Notes: a model not told the origin generated them from the letters alone. 64,000 bases of DNA from an uncultured delta proteobacterium (GCA_963803435.1 CAWDML010000003.1:960001-1024000); one strand, 5' to 3'; counted from the stretch's first letter, positions 19,190 to 32,590 are shown. Numbers and translations are program-made.

Positions 19190-22100
19190 ATGCACGCTCG
19201 CTCGCTACTCTCCCTCTTCTCCCTCCTCGTTCCGCTCGCGGCTTGCGGCGGCGGCGGCGATGACTCGACGAACAAAGTCGCGCCCAACGTCGAGCTCTTC
19301 GAGGCCAGCCCGGCCTCCGTCGACGCCGGCCAAAGCACGACGCTTCGCTACAAGGTGACCGAAGCCGCCACCGTGCGGATCGATGTCATGGGCGGAGACA
19401 ACGTGCTCCCAAGCAGCTCGATGGTCGAGGGCCAAATCGCGACCCCGACGCTGGAAGAGACGACCACGTTCGTCCTCACCGCCACCGGGTTCACGGGCAA
19501 GAACGCGACCGCGTCGCTGACGGTGCTCGTCAACAAGGAGGGCGGACCCCAGATCACGATGTTCTCCGCCGACCCGACCTCTGTCGCCGCCGGCAGCAAC
19601 ACCACGCTGTCGTGGACGATCGAGGGCGCCGACACCGGACGCATCGAGGTGGCAGGCACCACGCTCTTCACCATCCCCTCCACCACGCTGGCGAGCGGCA
19701 CGTTCGAGCACATGCCGGCCCAGACCACCGTGTACACGCTGGTGGCCGTGAGCGCGGCGGGCGTGGAGTCCACCGCGAACGTCACGGTGACTGTCACGGG
19801 CACCACGCCGAACATTCGCTCGTTCCGCGCCACTCCGCCGACGATCGATCCCGGGATGAGCTCCGATCTCTCGTGGGAGGTCGCCGACGCCACCCAGGTC
19901 ACGATCGCAGACGACGCAGGCAACACCGTCTATTCGGGGACCGACCTCACGGGGAACACGACCGTGACCCCGACCGCCACCACGCGCTACACGCTCACCG
20001 CCAGCGACGGGACCAACCAGGCCACCCAGAACGTGGTGGTCAGCGTGAATGTGCCGGCGGGTGCCATGATCGTCAGCTTCGCCGCGAACCCGGCCAGCAT
20101 CCTCACCGGTCAGCCGACGATGCTCGAGTGGCAGGTCACCAACGCCCCCGGCGGCATCGAGATCTCCGCCAACGGCGCGCCGGTGACCACCTCCACCGAG
20201 GCGACCGGCTCGTATGGGATCATGCCGCTCACCACCACCACCTACGACCTGGTCGCGATGAACCCGGCCGGCAACGCGATGCGCAGCACCACCGTGACGG
20301 TGACGCCTCCGACCGGACCCACGATCCTGACGTTCGCGGCCAACCCCAACCCCGTCGCGGCGGGCGGCATGACGACGCTCTCGTGGACCACGCTCGCGTC
20401 CACCCAGGTGCGCGTCCTCCAGGGCGGTACCGAGCTCTTCAACACCACCACCAACGTCGCGCAAGGCACCTTTCAGGTCTCGCCCGCGGTCAACACCACG
20501 TACGTCCTGGAGGCGAGCGATGGTACGCAGAGCAGCACGGCCCGGGCGTATGTCTTCGCGCACCCGGCGCCCACCATCAACGCGTTCACCGTGACGCCCA
20601 CGCAGATCAGCGGCTCCACGCCGGTGACGGTGGCCTGGGACGTCAGCAACTATGCGCAGCTCATGCTGACCCAGGACGGCGCCCCGGTCCCCGGTTTCGC
20701 GGTCCCCACCAGCACCGCCGCCGCGATCAACAACAGCGGCTCGCTGACGGTCACGGTCACCCAGGCGACGCTCTTCCAGCTGACCGCGATCAGCGCCGGC
20801 GGTACCCAAATGCGTCAGGTCCAGGTCGGCGACGGCGTCGTGGGCCAGGAGATGGAGCCGAACGACGACTTCCAGACCGCCAACCCGTTCGACAACGGCG
20901 GCCTCATCAGCGGCGAGATCTCGCCGGCGGGTGAGATCGACATCTTCCGCATCATGGTCCCGCAGGACGGCAACGTGCGCGCCGAGACCAGCGACGGCAT
21001 GGGCGGCTGCGCCACCGACACGGTGATCGGCCTCTTCGACGACGCCGGCAACCTGATCACCGCCGACGACAACAGCGGGACCTCCCCCTGCTCGCTGATC
21101 GATCCGGTCGCCGATCCCACCGCCGGCAACCTTCCGGCCGGCACGTACTATGTGGCGGTCGTCCACGCGGATCAGACCGCGGGCGTCGGGACCTACGTGC
21201 TCAACATCCGCATCGCCGGCCCGATGTGCGGCAACTCGATCGTCGAGACCGTCGAGCAGTGCGACTTCGGCGACCTCAACAACGGCGACGGTTGCAGCTC
21301 CACCTGCCAGCTCGAGATCAATCCGACGGTCATCAGCGGCACCGGCGGCAACGTGACCGTGAACCTCACGGGGCCCACCAGCATCGCGATCATCCAGGTC
21401 GACGTCCAGGAAGGACAGGCCATCTCGGCGATCGCGGCCGACGTGGGCGGCACGACCTGCAACTCGGTCGACACGGCGCTGAACCTCGGCGACTCCAACT
21501 TCCTCCTGCTCGGCGGCAAGCAGGACGGTGGCCCGGTCGGCACCGCGGGCAACTGCGCCTCGATCGACTATCCCGCGGACGCGTTCGGCGCGGACCTCGC
21601 GGCCGGCAGCTACTACCTGGTGGTGTTCAACGAGGGGACCACGAACGGCCAGGTGCAGGTCTCGGTGACCATCCAGAACGCCGTGTGCGGCAACGGGCTG
21701 GTCGAGAGCCGGACCGAGCAGTGCGACGACGGCAACCTCACGCCCGGCGATCTCTGCGACGCCACCTGCAACGTGGAGGTGACCTCGACGATCTCGCTGC
21801 CCAACGCGAACCCGGTGAGCGTGACGGGTGCGCTGACGACGGCGCCCTTCGCCAACCTGATCCAGATCAACGTCACCGCCGACACCTACGTGCGGGTGGA
21901 GACGTTTGCGCCGAACCAGGCCGGCGGGTGCGACAACGACGACACCGTGATCGATCTCTATGACGGCGCCTTCAACTTCCTCGGCGGGGACGACGAGGGC
22001 GGGATCAACAGTTGCTCGGCCTTCAACGAGTTCGCCCCCTGGACGCGGCTCTCGGTCGGCACCTACTACCTGACGATCTACGATTACCTCCAGGACACGC

Positions 22101-22591
22101 CCATCCCGGCGTACGAGGTGGTCTTCACCAGCGTCTCACCCGGCGCCAACCCGCCGACGATCGAGGTCGAGGCCAACGACACGCAGGCCACGGCCAACCC
22201 GACCGGCCTCACCGGCGCGGGCACCCGCACCGTGCACGGGCAGATCGACCCCACCGGAGACGACGACGTCTATTCGTTCGTGGTGCCCGCGGGACAGACG
22301 GTGATGGTGAGCGCGCGGACCTACGACGCCCTCGGCCAGCCGGCGGCCTGCACGCCGACCACCGACCTCAACGACACGCGGCTCTTCCTCGAGACCGAGG
22401 GCGTGGAGGCGACGGCGGAGGGCACGGGCGAGCTCGCGTTCAACGACGACATCTCCGCGACGCAGTGGTGCTCCGCGATCCCGCCGACGGCCGTCACCGC
22501 CGGCGCCCAGGACGCGACGTTCTACGTCCGCGTCCAGGGCTACAACGACGCGGATACGCGCTACTACTTCATGGATATCACCGTGCAGTAA
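19190..22591 (+). CDS. Large surface lipoprotein: six Ig-like repeats, PPC-like domains, two myxobacterial Cys-rich repeats
   Basis: Lipobox LAAC; six PxIxxFxAxPxx(V/I)xxG...L.W modules; CGNxxVExxEQCDxG repeats; E(M/V)E(P/A)ND motifs. Confidence 0.85.
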   Translation: MHARSLLSLFSLLVPLAACGGGGDDSTNKVAPNVELFEASPASVDAGQSTTLRYKVTEAATVRIDVMGGDNVLPSSSMVEGQIATPTLEETTTFVLTATGFTGKNATASLTVLVNKEGGPQITMFSADPTSVAAGSNTTLSWTIEGADTGRIEVAGTTLFTIPSTTLASGTFEHMPAQTTVYTLVAVSAAGVESTANVTVTVTGTTPNIRSFRATPPTIDPGMSSDLSWEVADATQVTIADDAGNTVYSGTDLTGNTTVTPTATTRYTLTASDGTNQATQNVVVSVNVPAGAMIVSFAANPASILTGQPTMLEWQVTNAPGGIEISANGAPVTTSTEATGSYGIMPLTTTTYDLVAMNPAGNAMRSTTVTVTPPTGPTILTFAANPNPVAAGGMTTLSWTTLASTQVRVLQGGTELFNTTTNVAQGTFQVSPAVNTTYVLEASDGTQSSTARAYVFAHPAPTINAFTVTPTQISGSTPVTVAWDVSNYAQLMLTQDGAPVPGFAVPTSTAAAINNSGSLTVTVTQATLFQLTAISAGGTQMRQVQVGDGVVGQEMEPNDDFQTANPFDNGGLISGEISPAGEIDIFRIMVPQDGNVRAETSDGMGGCATDTVIGLFDDAGNLITADDNSGTSPCSLIDPVADPTAGNLPAGTYYVAVVHADQTAGVGTYVLNIRIAGPMCGNSIVETVEQCDFGDLNNGDGCSSTCQLEINPTVISGTGGNVTVNLTGPTSIAIIQVDVQEGQAISAIAADVGGTTCNSVDTALNLGDSNFLLLGGKQDGGPVGTAGNCASIDYPADAFGADLAAGSYYLVVFNEGTTNGQVQVSVTIQNAVCGNGLVESRTEQCDDGNLTPGDLCDATCNVEVTSTISLPNANPVSVTGALTTAPFANLIQINVTADTYVRVETFAPNQAGGCDNDDTVIDLYDGAFNFLGGDDEGGINSCSAFNEFAPWTRLSVGTYYLTIYDYLQDTPIPAYEVVFTSVSPGANPPTIEVEANDTQATANPTGLTGAGTRTVHGQIDPTGDDDVYSFVVPAGQTVMVSARTYDALGQPAACTPTTDLNDTRLFLETEGVEATAEGTGELAFNDDISATQWCSAIPPTAVTAGAQDATFYVRVQGYNDADTRYYFMDITVQ

Positions 22592-22609
22592 CGCCGCCCC
22601 TCCCGGCGC

Positions 22610-23980
<1,371 letters not shown>

Positions 23981-24009
23981 TAGAATTCTCCAACACTTAT
24001 CAGTCGCGA

Positions 24010-24121
24010 GGTCAATTCACCACGTTTCGGATACGTGTAAATACTCGCAACGCTCGGTCTTCAAGGGATTCTTCCCCTTTAGCCGGGTGAGCTTACCACG
24101 CATTATCGCGGTATCAACACC
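24010..24121. promoter_or_regulatory. Three GGT-N6-ACC palindromes, candidate enhancer (UAS) sites
   Basis: GGTCAATTCACC 24010, GGTGAGCTTACC 24086, GGTATCAACACC 24110 in a lower-GC spacer upstream of a -24/-12 promoter. Confidence 0.5.
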
Positions 24122-24176
24122 CCGTTACCGGCCCGGCCTACGGGCTTTTTCGAGGGGATTTCAGCTGGGGAAGAGT

Positions 24177-24192
24177 TGGCAAAGCGCTTGCT
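24177..24192 (+). promoter_or_regulatory. Sigma-54 promoter
   Basis: TGGCAAAGCGCTTGCT matches TGGCA-N6-TTGCW. Confidence 0.7.
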
Positions 24193-24202
24193 CACACCCG
24201 GC

Positions 24203-24342
24203 CGGTCAGCGATGCAGCTCCAAAGGGTGTTCCCCCCATCCCTGCGGTGCTGAATCGATGGCGCGGAAACCGGGTGGGGACAAGCATCAGCGTCACAGGA
24301 GCCCCCCTACCTGTCACGTCTGGTGCTTGTCCTTGCTTTTTG
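24203..24342 (+). ncRNA. Candidate sigma-54-dependent sRNA with two C-rich-loop hairpins
   Basis: No credible CDS downstream of promoter; hairpin with TTCCCCCC loop, then ~21-bp stem GACAAGCATCAGCGTCACAGG / CCTGTCACGTCTGGTGCTTGTC with AGCCCCCCTA loop and T-run. Confidence 0.5.
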
Positions 24343-24985
24343 TCACCGCCCGCATGACCGCCCCCAGCTCCCCCGGTTGGCGGGCGAAGACGTCGCACCT
24401 GGAAGCCTGCAACCCCGCTGGATCGAAGCCCCACAGCGCCCCGACGACCTCGAGGCCCGCCCGGCGGCCGGTCTCCACGTCGATGGGCATGTCGCCGACG
24501 TAGGCGAGGGGTGCCGGGGCCTCGGCCCGCGACAGGGCAAGGCGGACCACCGCCGGATCGGGCTTGCCGTGCGCGACCTCATCGGCGGAGGCGAACGCTG
24601 CGATCCCGAGCTGATCCAGCTCGAGACGCCGGACGATCTCGGCCGTGAACACGCGCGGCTTGTTGGTTGCCACGACCAGCGTGAACCCGGCGCGCGAAAG
24701 CTCGGCGAGCGACTCCAGGATGCCGTCGTAGCAGCGCGTGCTCTCCGTGAGACGCGCCTGGTAGGCCTCCTTGAAACGCGCCCGCGCCGCGTCGTACCGA
24801 TCCGCCGTCGCCTCCCCGAGCGCGCGCGACAGCAGCTTGGAGACGCCGCCGCCGATCATCGTCTTCACTCCCTCGGGATCGTGCGTCGGGAGATCGAGGC
24901 TTTCGAGGACGTCGTTGAGCGCACGGGCGATGTCCCGGTACGAGTCGATCAGCGTACCGTCGAGATCGAAGACGATCGTGCTCAC
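24314..24985 (-). CDS. gph: HAD hydrolase, phosphoglycolate phosphatase family
   Basis: FDLDGTLIDS, VATNK, KPDP, YVGD. Confidence 0.85.
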   Translation of the reverse strand: MSTIVFDLDGTLIDSYRDIARALNDVLESLDLPTHDPEGVKTMIGGGVSKLLSRALGEATADRYDAARARFKEAYQARLTESTRCYDGILESLAELSRAGFTLVVATNKPRVFTAEIVRRLELDQLGIAAFASADEVAHGKPDPAVVRLALSRAEAPAPLAYVGDMPIDVETGRRAGLEVVGALWGFDPAGLQASRCDVFARQPGELGAVMRAVTKSKDKHQT

Positions 24986-25809
24986 AGGTTGACGTCGCCG
25001 ACGGCGAGGATCCGAACCGCCCCCGAGCCGGCGAGCTCGGGAGAGCCGATGAACGTCGACGGCAGCACCTCGCCGGACTCGATCGCGACCAGCACCACGG
25101 CATAGACGCCGTCGACCGCGAAGGCGTCGGCCGGGACCGTGATCTTGACCGGCGGATCACCGGCGATCAGCTGCAGCGTCTCGAGCGCGGTCTTGGGGCG
25201 GTTGTCGAAGACCTGCACGGGATGCTCGGGATCGTTCTTTTGGGCCCGGAACACCGTCACGTAGCCGTAGCGACCGAACTGCGGCTGCCAGCTCACGTCC
25301 AGCGCCGTGCTCTTCGGGTGGCGCTGCACGTCGGGGAAGCCGGGGACCGACTCGGTGGGGGTCGGTGCCAGCTGGATTGCGGCGGCGCTCAGCTCCGTCG
25401 GCGGGGTGACCGAGCCCCCATAGTCGGCCGAGTCCTGTCCGATGTGCGCGACGAACGTGTACGGTCGGGTCGAATAGACGAGCGCCTGATCTTCGGTCGA
25501 GCTCGCGAGGTAGAGACCGCGCTCCGACTGCTCGGCCAGCACCACCCGGTTGCCGTCGAACGCGAGCGTCACATCTGCACCGCTGATCGGTGCCGGCTCT
25601 TCGGTCGAGGTTCCGCTGGCGCGCATCCCCAACCAGACCGTGGCAACCGTTTCACCCGGCACCGAGTACTGGCCCGCCAGCTCGATCGCCGGCCCCTTCA
25701 CCACCAGACCCGCGACGACCACGCGGGCCGTCGCCGACTCGAGGAAGCCGCAGCCGCCGAGTCCGGGAAGGAGGAGGACGAGGAGGGCGTCGAGCCCGGA
25801 TCGGCACAT
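24982..25809 (-). CDS. Hypothetical lipoprotein
   Basis: Hydrophobic leader ending LGGC; beta-rich body; coupled to gph. Confidence 0.7.
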   Translation of the reverse strand: MCRSGLDALLVLLLPGLGGCGFLESATARVVVAGLVVKGPAIELAGQYSVPGETVATVWLGMRASGTSTEEPAPISGADVTLAFDGNRVVLAEQSERGLYLASSTEDQALVYSTRPYTFVAHIGQDSADYGGSVTPPTELSAAAIQLAPTPTESVPGFPDVQRHPKSTALDVSWQPQFGRYGYVTVFRAQKNDPEHPVQVFDNRPKTALETLQLIAGDPPVKITVPADAFAVDGVYAVVLVAIESGEVLPSTFIGSPELAGSGAVRILAVGDVNL

Positions 25810-25864
25810 GCTCCGATCGTACACCGGCTTTGACTCGCTCATGCCCATGAGGAAAGGTCGGGCG

Positions 25865-26680
25865 GTGCCGGGGCTGCCCTTCGCCAAGTACCAGGGTCTG
25901 GGAAACGACTTCGTGATCCTCGACGGGCGCACGTCCGGCCTCCCCACGCCTGCCCTGGCGCGGCGTCTGTGCGATCGGCGGCGGGGCATCGGTGCAGACG
26001 GTGTGCTCACCCTGCTCCCGCCTGCGCATGCGGGCGCCGAGGTTCGCATGCACATCTACAACGCGGACGGCTCTGTCGCGGAGATGTGCGGAAACGGCCT
26101 CCGCTGCGTCGTGCGTCACCTCGCGAGAGACGCGCGGATCGCGGTCGATACCCAGGCGGGGCGTCTTCACGGTCAGGTCGAAGGGCGATCGGTTCGTGTC
26201 GAGCTCGGTGTGGCACGCCTGCTCGATCCGTCCGTCCCGGTCGAGGTCGACGGAGCTCCGTCGAGCGCCACCAGCGTCTCGATGGGCAACCCGCACCTGG
26301 TGCTCGCGGCGTTTGCCCCCGAGGTGGATCTGCTCGCGCTGGCCCGGACGCACGGACCCCGGCTCGAGCGTCACCCTCGTTTCCCTCAGCGCGTGAACGT
26401 CGAGCTCCTCAAGCCGCGGCCCGACGGCGGGCTCGACCTGGTCGTCTTCGAGCGCGGCGCCGGGATCACCGAAGCCTGCGGGACCGGCGCCGGCGCAGCC
26501 GTGTTCGCCAGCCTACTCCGAGGGACGGTGTCCGGCTCGCCGGTGACCGTTCACCTTCCCGGGGGCGCGCTCGACGTGTTCGTCGACGGGCCGCGGATTG
26601 AGATCCGCGGCCCGGCCGAGCATGTGTTCGACGGGACCGTGGAGGTCGCCGCCGGCGAGCTCGCGGCGGAGATCGCGTGA
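25865..26680 (+). CDS. dapF: Diaminopimelate epimerase
   Basis: KYQGLGNDF, GIGADG, NADGSVAEMCGNG, SMGNPH, ERGAGITEACGTG. Confidence 0.96.
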   Translation: MPGLPFAKYQGLGNDFVILDGRTSGLPTPALARRLCDRRRGIGADGVLTLLPPAHAGAEVRMHIYNADGSVAEMCGNGLRCVVRHLARDARIAVDTQAGRLHGQVEGRSVRVELGVARLLDPSVPVEVDGAPSSATSVSMGNPHLVLAAFAPEVDLLALARTHGPRLERHPRFPQRVNVELLKPRPDGGLDLVVFERGAGITEACGTGAGAAVFASLLRGTVSGSPVTVHLPGGALDVFVDGPRIEIRGPAEHVFDGTVEVAAGELAAEIA

Positions 26681-27180
26681 GAGAGAAGCGCGTCGCCTGG
26701 TTGCTCCTCGCCGCGCTGATCCTGTTCCTCGCCGTGCTGGGCGTGTCCCGTTTGGCCGACTTCGGCGTGCTTCCCGGCGAGCCGTTCGGCGCCGGCGACG
26801 TGGAGCGCAACAAGGTGCGGCTCGACCTGGCGGTGCGCACGCCGGACGGTGAGGTGCAGCCGATCGGGCGCGTCCTGGTGCTCTCACGGCAGGACCGGCT
26901 CGAGCTGACCTACGGCCCGACGCGCTACCCGTACCTGTGGGTGGTCGCGATCGATCCGAAGGGTCGTGCCGAGCCGCTGGTGAAGGGCGCCCTCACGAGA
27001 GCGCAGGGCGAGACGCTCCACCTCGACCCGCCGGAGGAGAGCTTCGTCCTCCTCTGCCTCTTCTCGGCGGTGCCGCGCACCATCGAGCAGATCCAGGACT
27101 CGCTGGATCGCGACGTCCGGCTGCCGGGGCTCCGCTTTGCGTGGGTCATCGACGTCGAGGCGAGCGATCGCTCGGGATGA
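26677..27180 (+). CDS. Hypothetical membrane-anchored protein (possibly DUF4384-like)
   Basis: N-terminal TM; DRLELTY...YLWVVAIDPKG pattern; GTGA coupling. Confidence 0.6.
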   Translation: MREKRVAWLLLAALILFLAVLGVSRLADFGVLPGEPFGAGDVERNKVRLDLAVRTPDGEVQPIGRVLVLSRQDRLELTYGPTRYPYLWVVAIDPKGRAEPLVKGALTRAQGETLHLDPPEESFVLLCLFSAVPRTIEQIQDSLDRDVRLPGLRFAWVIDVEASDRSG

Positions 27181-27189
27181 GCGCGGACC

Positions 27190-28650
<1,461 letters not shown>

Positions 28651-28813
28651 CTAAACGTCTTGGCCGGACCCGTCAACCCTTCTGGAGGATGGCGGGAATG
28701 TAGGGTTCGGTGTATGGTTCCTCCAGAAAGATAGGCGGCGCCGTGAAACGGGCGGGTCGTAAGATCCTCAAACCACCCGGTTTCACAGAGCGGACGCCCT
28801 GAAAATTTACCTC

Positions 28814-30803
28814 ATGACAACTCGAATGCTCATCAACGCGACCGCGGCGAACGAGCTGCGGATCGCGATTGTCGAAGACGGTGAGCTTGTCGAACTGGAC
28901 ATCGAGGCGGCGGAACAAAGCAGCATTCGCTACAACATCTACAAGGGTGTGGTCCACAACGTGGAAGGCTCCCTCGAAGCTGCGTTCATCGACATCGGAT
29001 CTCACAAGCAGGGCTTCCTGCCCTTCTCCGAGGTCTCGCCGTCTCAATACTTCCGGAAAGCGAACTCCGATCAATCGCCGCGGATCACGGACGTGCTCCG
29101 CCGCGGTCAGGACATCATCGTTCAGGTGGCCAAAGACGCCGTCGGCGAAAAGGGCGCCACCCTGACCACGTTCCTGTCGATCCCCGGACGCTACTCGGTT
29201 CTGATGCCGGGCAGCGAGGCGAACGGGATCTCTCGGAAGATCGAGGACGACAAGATGCGGAAACGGATCCGCGCCATGGCGTCCAAGCTCGACAAGCCAG
29301 AAGGCTGTGGATTCATCATCCGGACCGCGGGGCTGGGACAGACCCGCGCCGCGATCCAGCGCGATCTGAACCAGGTCGCGGAGATCTGGGACAAGGTTCG
29401 AAAAGCCTCGGAGATCGCACGGGCGCCGTCGGTGCTCTACACCGAGCCTGACCTGGTGGCGCGGACGCTCCGCGACTACTACACGGAGGAGATCGACGAG
29501 GTCTGGATCGACACCCGGGAGGAGTACGACGCCGCCAAGGCGTACTTCGAGGACCTGATGCCGGCGGTCGCCGAGCGGGTCCAGCTCTACGAGAACCCGA
29601 TCCCGATCTTCGCGTATCACCACGTCGAGGAGCAGATCGAGGCGACGTTCCACCGTCGCGTGCCGCTGCCGAGCGGCGGTTCGATCGTGATCGATGAGAC
29701 CGAGGCCCTGGTCGCCATCGACGTCAACTCTGGGAAGATGACGTCGGAGCGCGACCACGAGGAGACGGTCTTCAAGACGAACTGCGAGGCCGCCGAAGAG
29801 GCCGCGCGCCAGCTCAAGCTGCGCGACCTGGGCGGGATCGTGGTGGTCGACTTCATCGACATGGAGCTCTCGAAGAACAAGCGAGAGGTCGAGACCGCGA
29901 TGAGCGAGGCCGCCGCGCAAGACAAGGCGCGATACAAGAATCTCGCGCATCAACTCGAAGGGCCTCCTGGTGCTGACCCGGCAGCGGATCCGACAGGGGA
30001 TGCGGAAGGCCTTCCAGCAGCGCTGCGAGGTCTGCGATGGCACCGGCTGGCGCCGGACCGCCGAGTCGCACTCGCTGTCGCTGGTGCGGCGGGTCGAGAC
30101 CCGGCTCGCGCAGGGCGGCGTCGGCGAGGTCCGGGTGGTGACCCACCGGGACTCCGCCGAGTATCTGGTGAACCAGCGCAGGAGCGAGCTGGCCGCGCTC
30201 GAGCGCCAGTATCAGTGCCGGATCGTCATCAAGGCGCGACCGGAGATGGACCGCGGGACCGACGAGGTCAGCTACCTGTCTCACGGTGAGATGCTCGCCG
30301 AGATCACGGACAAGCTCCCGCCGCGGGAGGACCGCAGCCAGCGCGCCGGTCGCCGCCGGAAGAAGCGGGCCCAGAAGAAGCGCATGCCCGAAGAGGCGGC
30401 TCAGCTGGAGCCCTCCGAGGACGGCGAGAAGAAGAAGCGCTCGCGCAAGAAGAAGAAGCGGGGGAAGCACTCCGACGAGGGCCGCCCGCAGCAGGGTCAC
30501 GCGCAGGCGCAGGGCCAGGCGCGAGACGGGCAGGCGCGAGATGGGCAGGGCCAGTCCGGCCCGGCCCAGGGCCAGCTGCCGGGGGTGGGGAGCACGACCT
30601 TCACCGGCAAGCCCCCGCCCGAGGTGATGGAGCGGCTCAAGGCCGAGCGCCGGGCCCGGATGTCCCGGCGGGACCCCATGGCTGCCTCCTCCGACCTCCC
30701 GGCGGCGTCCAACGAGGGGGCCCGGCCGGCCGCCGAGGCGGTGTCGGACGAGCCAAGCCCCGAGCGCCGCTCGATCTTCGATCGCCTGTTCGGGTCGCGC
30801 TGA
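28814..30803 (+). CDS. rne: Ribonuclease E/G family; one apparent +1 frameshift at ~29940
   Basis: NIYKG S1 domain, AIDVNSG, LRDLGGIVVVDFIDM; continues as LTRQR...CEVCDGTG in ORF 29970; basic disordered tail. Confidence 0.92.
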
Positions 30804-30834
30804 GGTCGCTCAAGATCGGCCGCAGAATGCCGAT

Positions 30835-31155
30835 TTGATCCGCGTGAGGCTGAAGGGGATCCGGACATATCTGGCGCGGGAGCTGGAGAGCGCCGAGCGC
30901 ACCGCCGAGCGGGTCAGAGCCCAGCGTTTGGCGATGGCGGCCTCGATCGCGGGGATCCGCGCGGAGCTGGCGATGCTGCAGCACGGCGGACCGCAGGATC
31001 TCACGGACATCACCCGGCACCGCTTGAGCGAGATGGTCGACGCCCTCGAGGCCTTCGATCGGGACGTGGCGGTCCCAGCGGAAGCCCGGCGTCAGACGGC
31101 GCGCCTCCGGGCGAATCGATTCGAGGCGTTCGTCGACCGTGTGATCGCAGCCTGA
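30835..31155 (+). CDS. Hypothetical helical protein
   Basis: ORF fills the gap; coiled-coil-like sequence. Confidence 0.5.
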   Translation: MIRVRLKGIRTYLARELESAERTAERVRAQRLAMAASIAGIRAELAMLQHGGPQDLTDITRHRLSEMVDALEAFDRDVAVPAEARRQTARLRANRFEAFVDRVIAA

Positions 31156-31176
31156 CATCCGGCTACACTCCCCCCA

Positions 31177-32520
31177 ATGCGGTGGTCGCACTGCGCCCTC
31201 CTGTTCTTCTTGCTCCTGCCCAGGCCGGCCGAGGCCGCGGAGAAGGTCCGCGTCGCGGTCGCCCAGGTGCGGGCCCGCCGCTCAGCCCGTCCCGACAAGC
31301 TCGAGACCGGGATCCGATCCGGCCTGGCCTCTGCGGGCGTGCAGCCGATCGCGTCGAACGCCCTGGGCAAGGCAGCCCGCGACGTCGGCGTGCGTGCCGA
31401 CAGCGCCGAAGGGGCTCGCGCCGCCGGCGCCGACTACCTGGTGAAAGTGAAGATGTCCGCACGGAAGCGGCGCTTCACCGCGGCCGCCGACCTGATCCGC
31501 GCCTCGGACGGCGAGGTCGTCGAGTCCATCGAGCGCGGGTACAACGGAGGGAAGGGCGCGCTGACCGCCGGCAAGGCGATCGGCAAGCTCCTGGGCCGCA
31601 AGGCGAGCGACCTCGGCCGGGCCGAGGCGGAGCCGCCGCCGGTGGCCGAGACACCGGTGCGTCCGATCGAGCCGCCCGAGCCCCCACCGCCCACGCGCAC
31701 CGTGGTCCCGAAGGAGGACGACGACGACCACGTCGCGGTGAAGGCCGAGGTCGAAGGCCCCACGAAGCCCCGCGCCCACGGTGAGTTCGGGATCGTGCGC
31801 GCCGGGGTCGCGGGCGGTTTCCAGGCCGCGAGCGCTTACACCGTGGCCCTGGAGGGCCAGCCCACCGGCCTCGCCTACAGCCTGACGCCGCTCGCGCTGG
31901 TCGACGCCACCGTCTCGGTCCGCATCCCCCAGGTCGGCCTGTTCTTCGGCGCCCGCGCCGATTTTTCTCCCGTGAAGTACGCGATCGACGTGATGCCCCC
32001 GGTCGACCCGGCCGAGCCCAAGGGACGGTTCCTCTCCGCCGGCGGGACGATCGGCTACGAGGTCGTCGATCACCGCTTCAGCGAAGCGGTCCACCTGCGG
32101 TTCTCGCCGGTCATCGGGATCAACTGGAGCTCGATGTCGGTCCAGTCGCAGGGCGACAACACGGTGGTCGTCAGCTGGAGCGCCATCGACGCCAACGGCG
32201 GCGTCGAGGCGTCGCTGATCCTCCTCCAGTCGCTGGCGATCGAGCTCCACGGACGCGGCGGCTACGTGTTCTCCTACTCCGAGAGTCCGAAGACCACCGG
32301 AGAGGGCGGCGCCGGCTTCGATCTCAACGCGGGCCTCGCGCTCCGGTACTGGATCCTGGATCTCTTCGGGGTCTATCTCGACACCACGTACGAGTACATG
32401 AAGGTCGGGATGAGCGGGATGGGCTCGCGCGTCGGGTTCGTCGACGACCCTCCGATCGTCGACGCCACGATCTACAGCGCCGATCTCAAGCTCGGTGCCG
32501 GCTTGATGATCGGGATCTAG
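31177..32520 (+). CDS. Hypothetical exported protein with Pro-rich linker and C-terminal beta-barrel-like domain
   Basis: Signal peptide; PPEPPPP linker; amphipathic strands ending LGAGLMIGI. Confidence 0.7.
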   Translation: MRWSHCALLFFLLLPRPAEAAEKVRVAVAQVRARRSARPDKLETGIRSGLASAGVQPIASNALGKAARDVGVRADSAEGARAAGADYLVKVKMSARKRRFTAAADLIRASDGEVVESIERGYNGGKGALTAGKAIGKLLGRKASDLGRAEAEPPPVAETPVRPIEPPEPPPPTRTVVPKEDDDDHVAVKAEVEGPTKPRAHGEFGIVRAGVAGGFQAASAYTVALEGQPTGLAYSLTPLALVDATVSVRIPQVGLFFGARADFSPVKYAIDVMPPVDPAEPKGRFLSAGGTIGYEVVDHRFSEAVHLRFSPVIGINWSSMSVQSQGDNTVVVSWSAIDANGGVEASLILLQSLAIELHGRGGYVFSYSESPKTTGEGGAGFDLNAGLALRYWILDLFGVYLDTTYEYMKVGMSGMGSRVGFVDDPPIVDATIYSADLKLGAGLMIGI

Positions 32521-32590
32521 GAGCGTGTAGCGCGTAGCGCTACCGCGAGCCCGGTCCGGGTCCCGGTCCCGGTCCCGGTCCCGATGGCGA

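Noticed and set aside
24212-24253. 13-codon ORF MQLQRVFPPSLRC as the product of the sigma-54 promoter
   Set aside because: No RBS, atypical codons and buried in a hairpin; an RNA product fits better, though a peptide is not excluded
29930-29970. Programmed frameshift or pseudogenisation of rne
   Set aside because: No slippery sequence; same GATC-to-GAATC pattern as other breaks; the gene is normally essential
32551-32585. Hexamer arrays (also 33777-33812) and the 35889/35977 repeats as CRISPR
   Set aside because: No repeat-spacer periodicity and no cas genes
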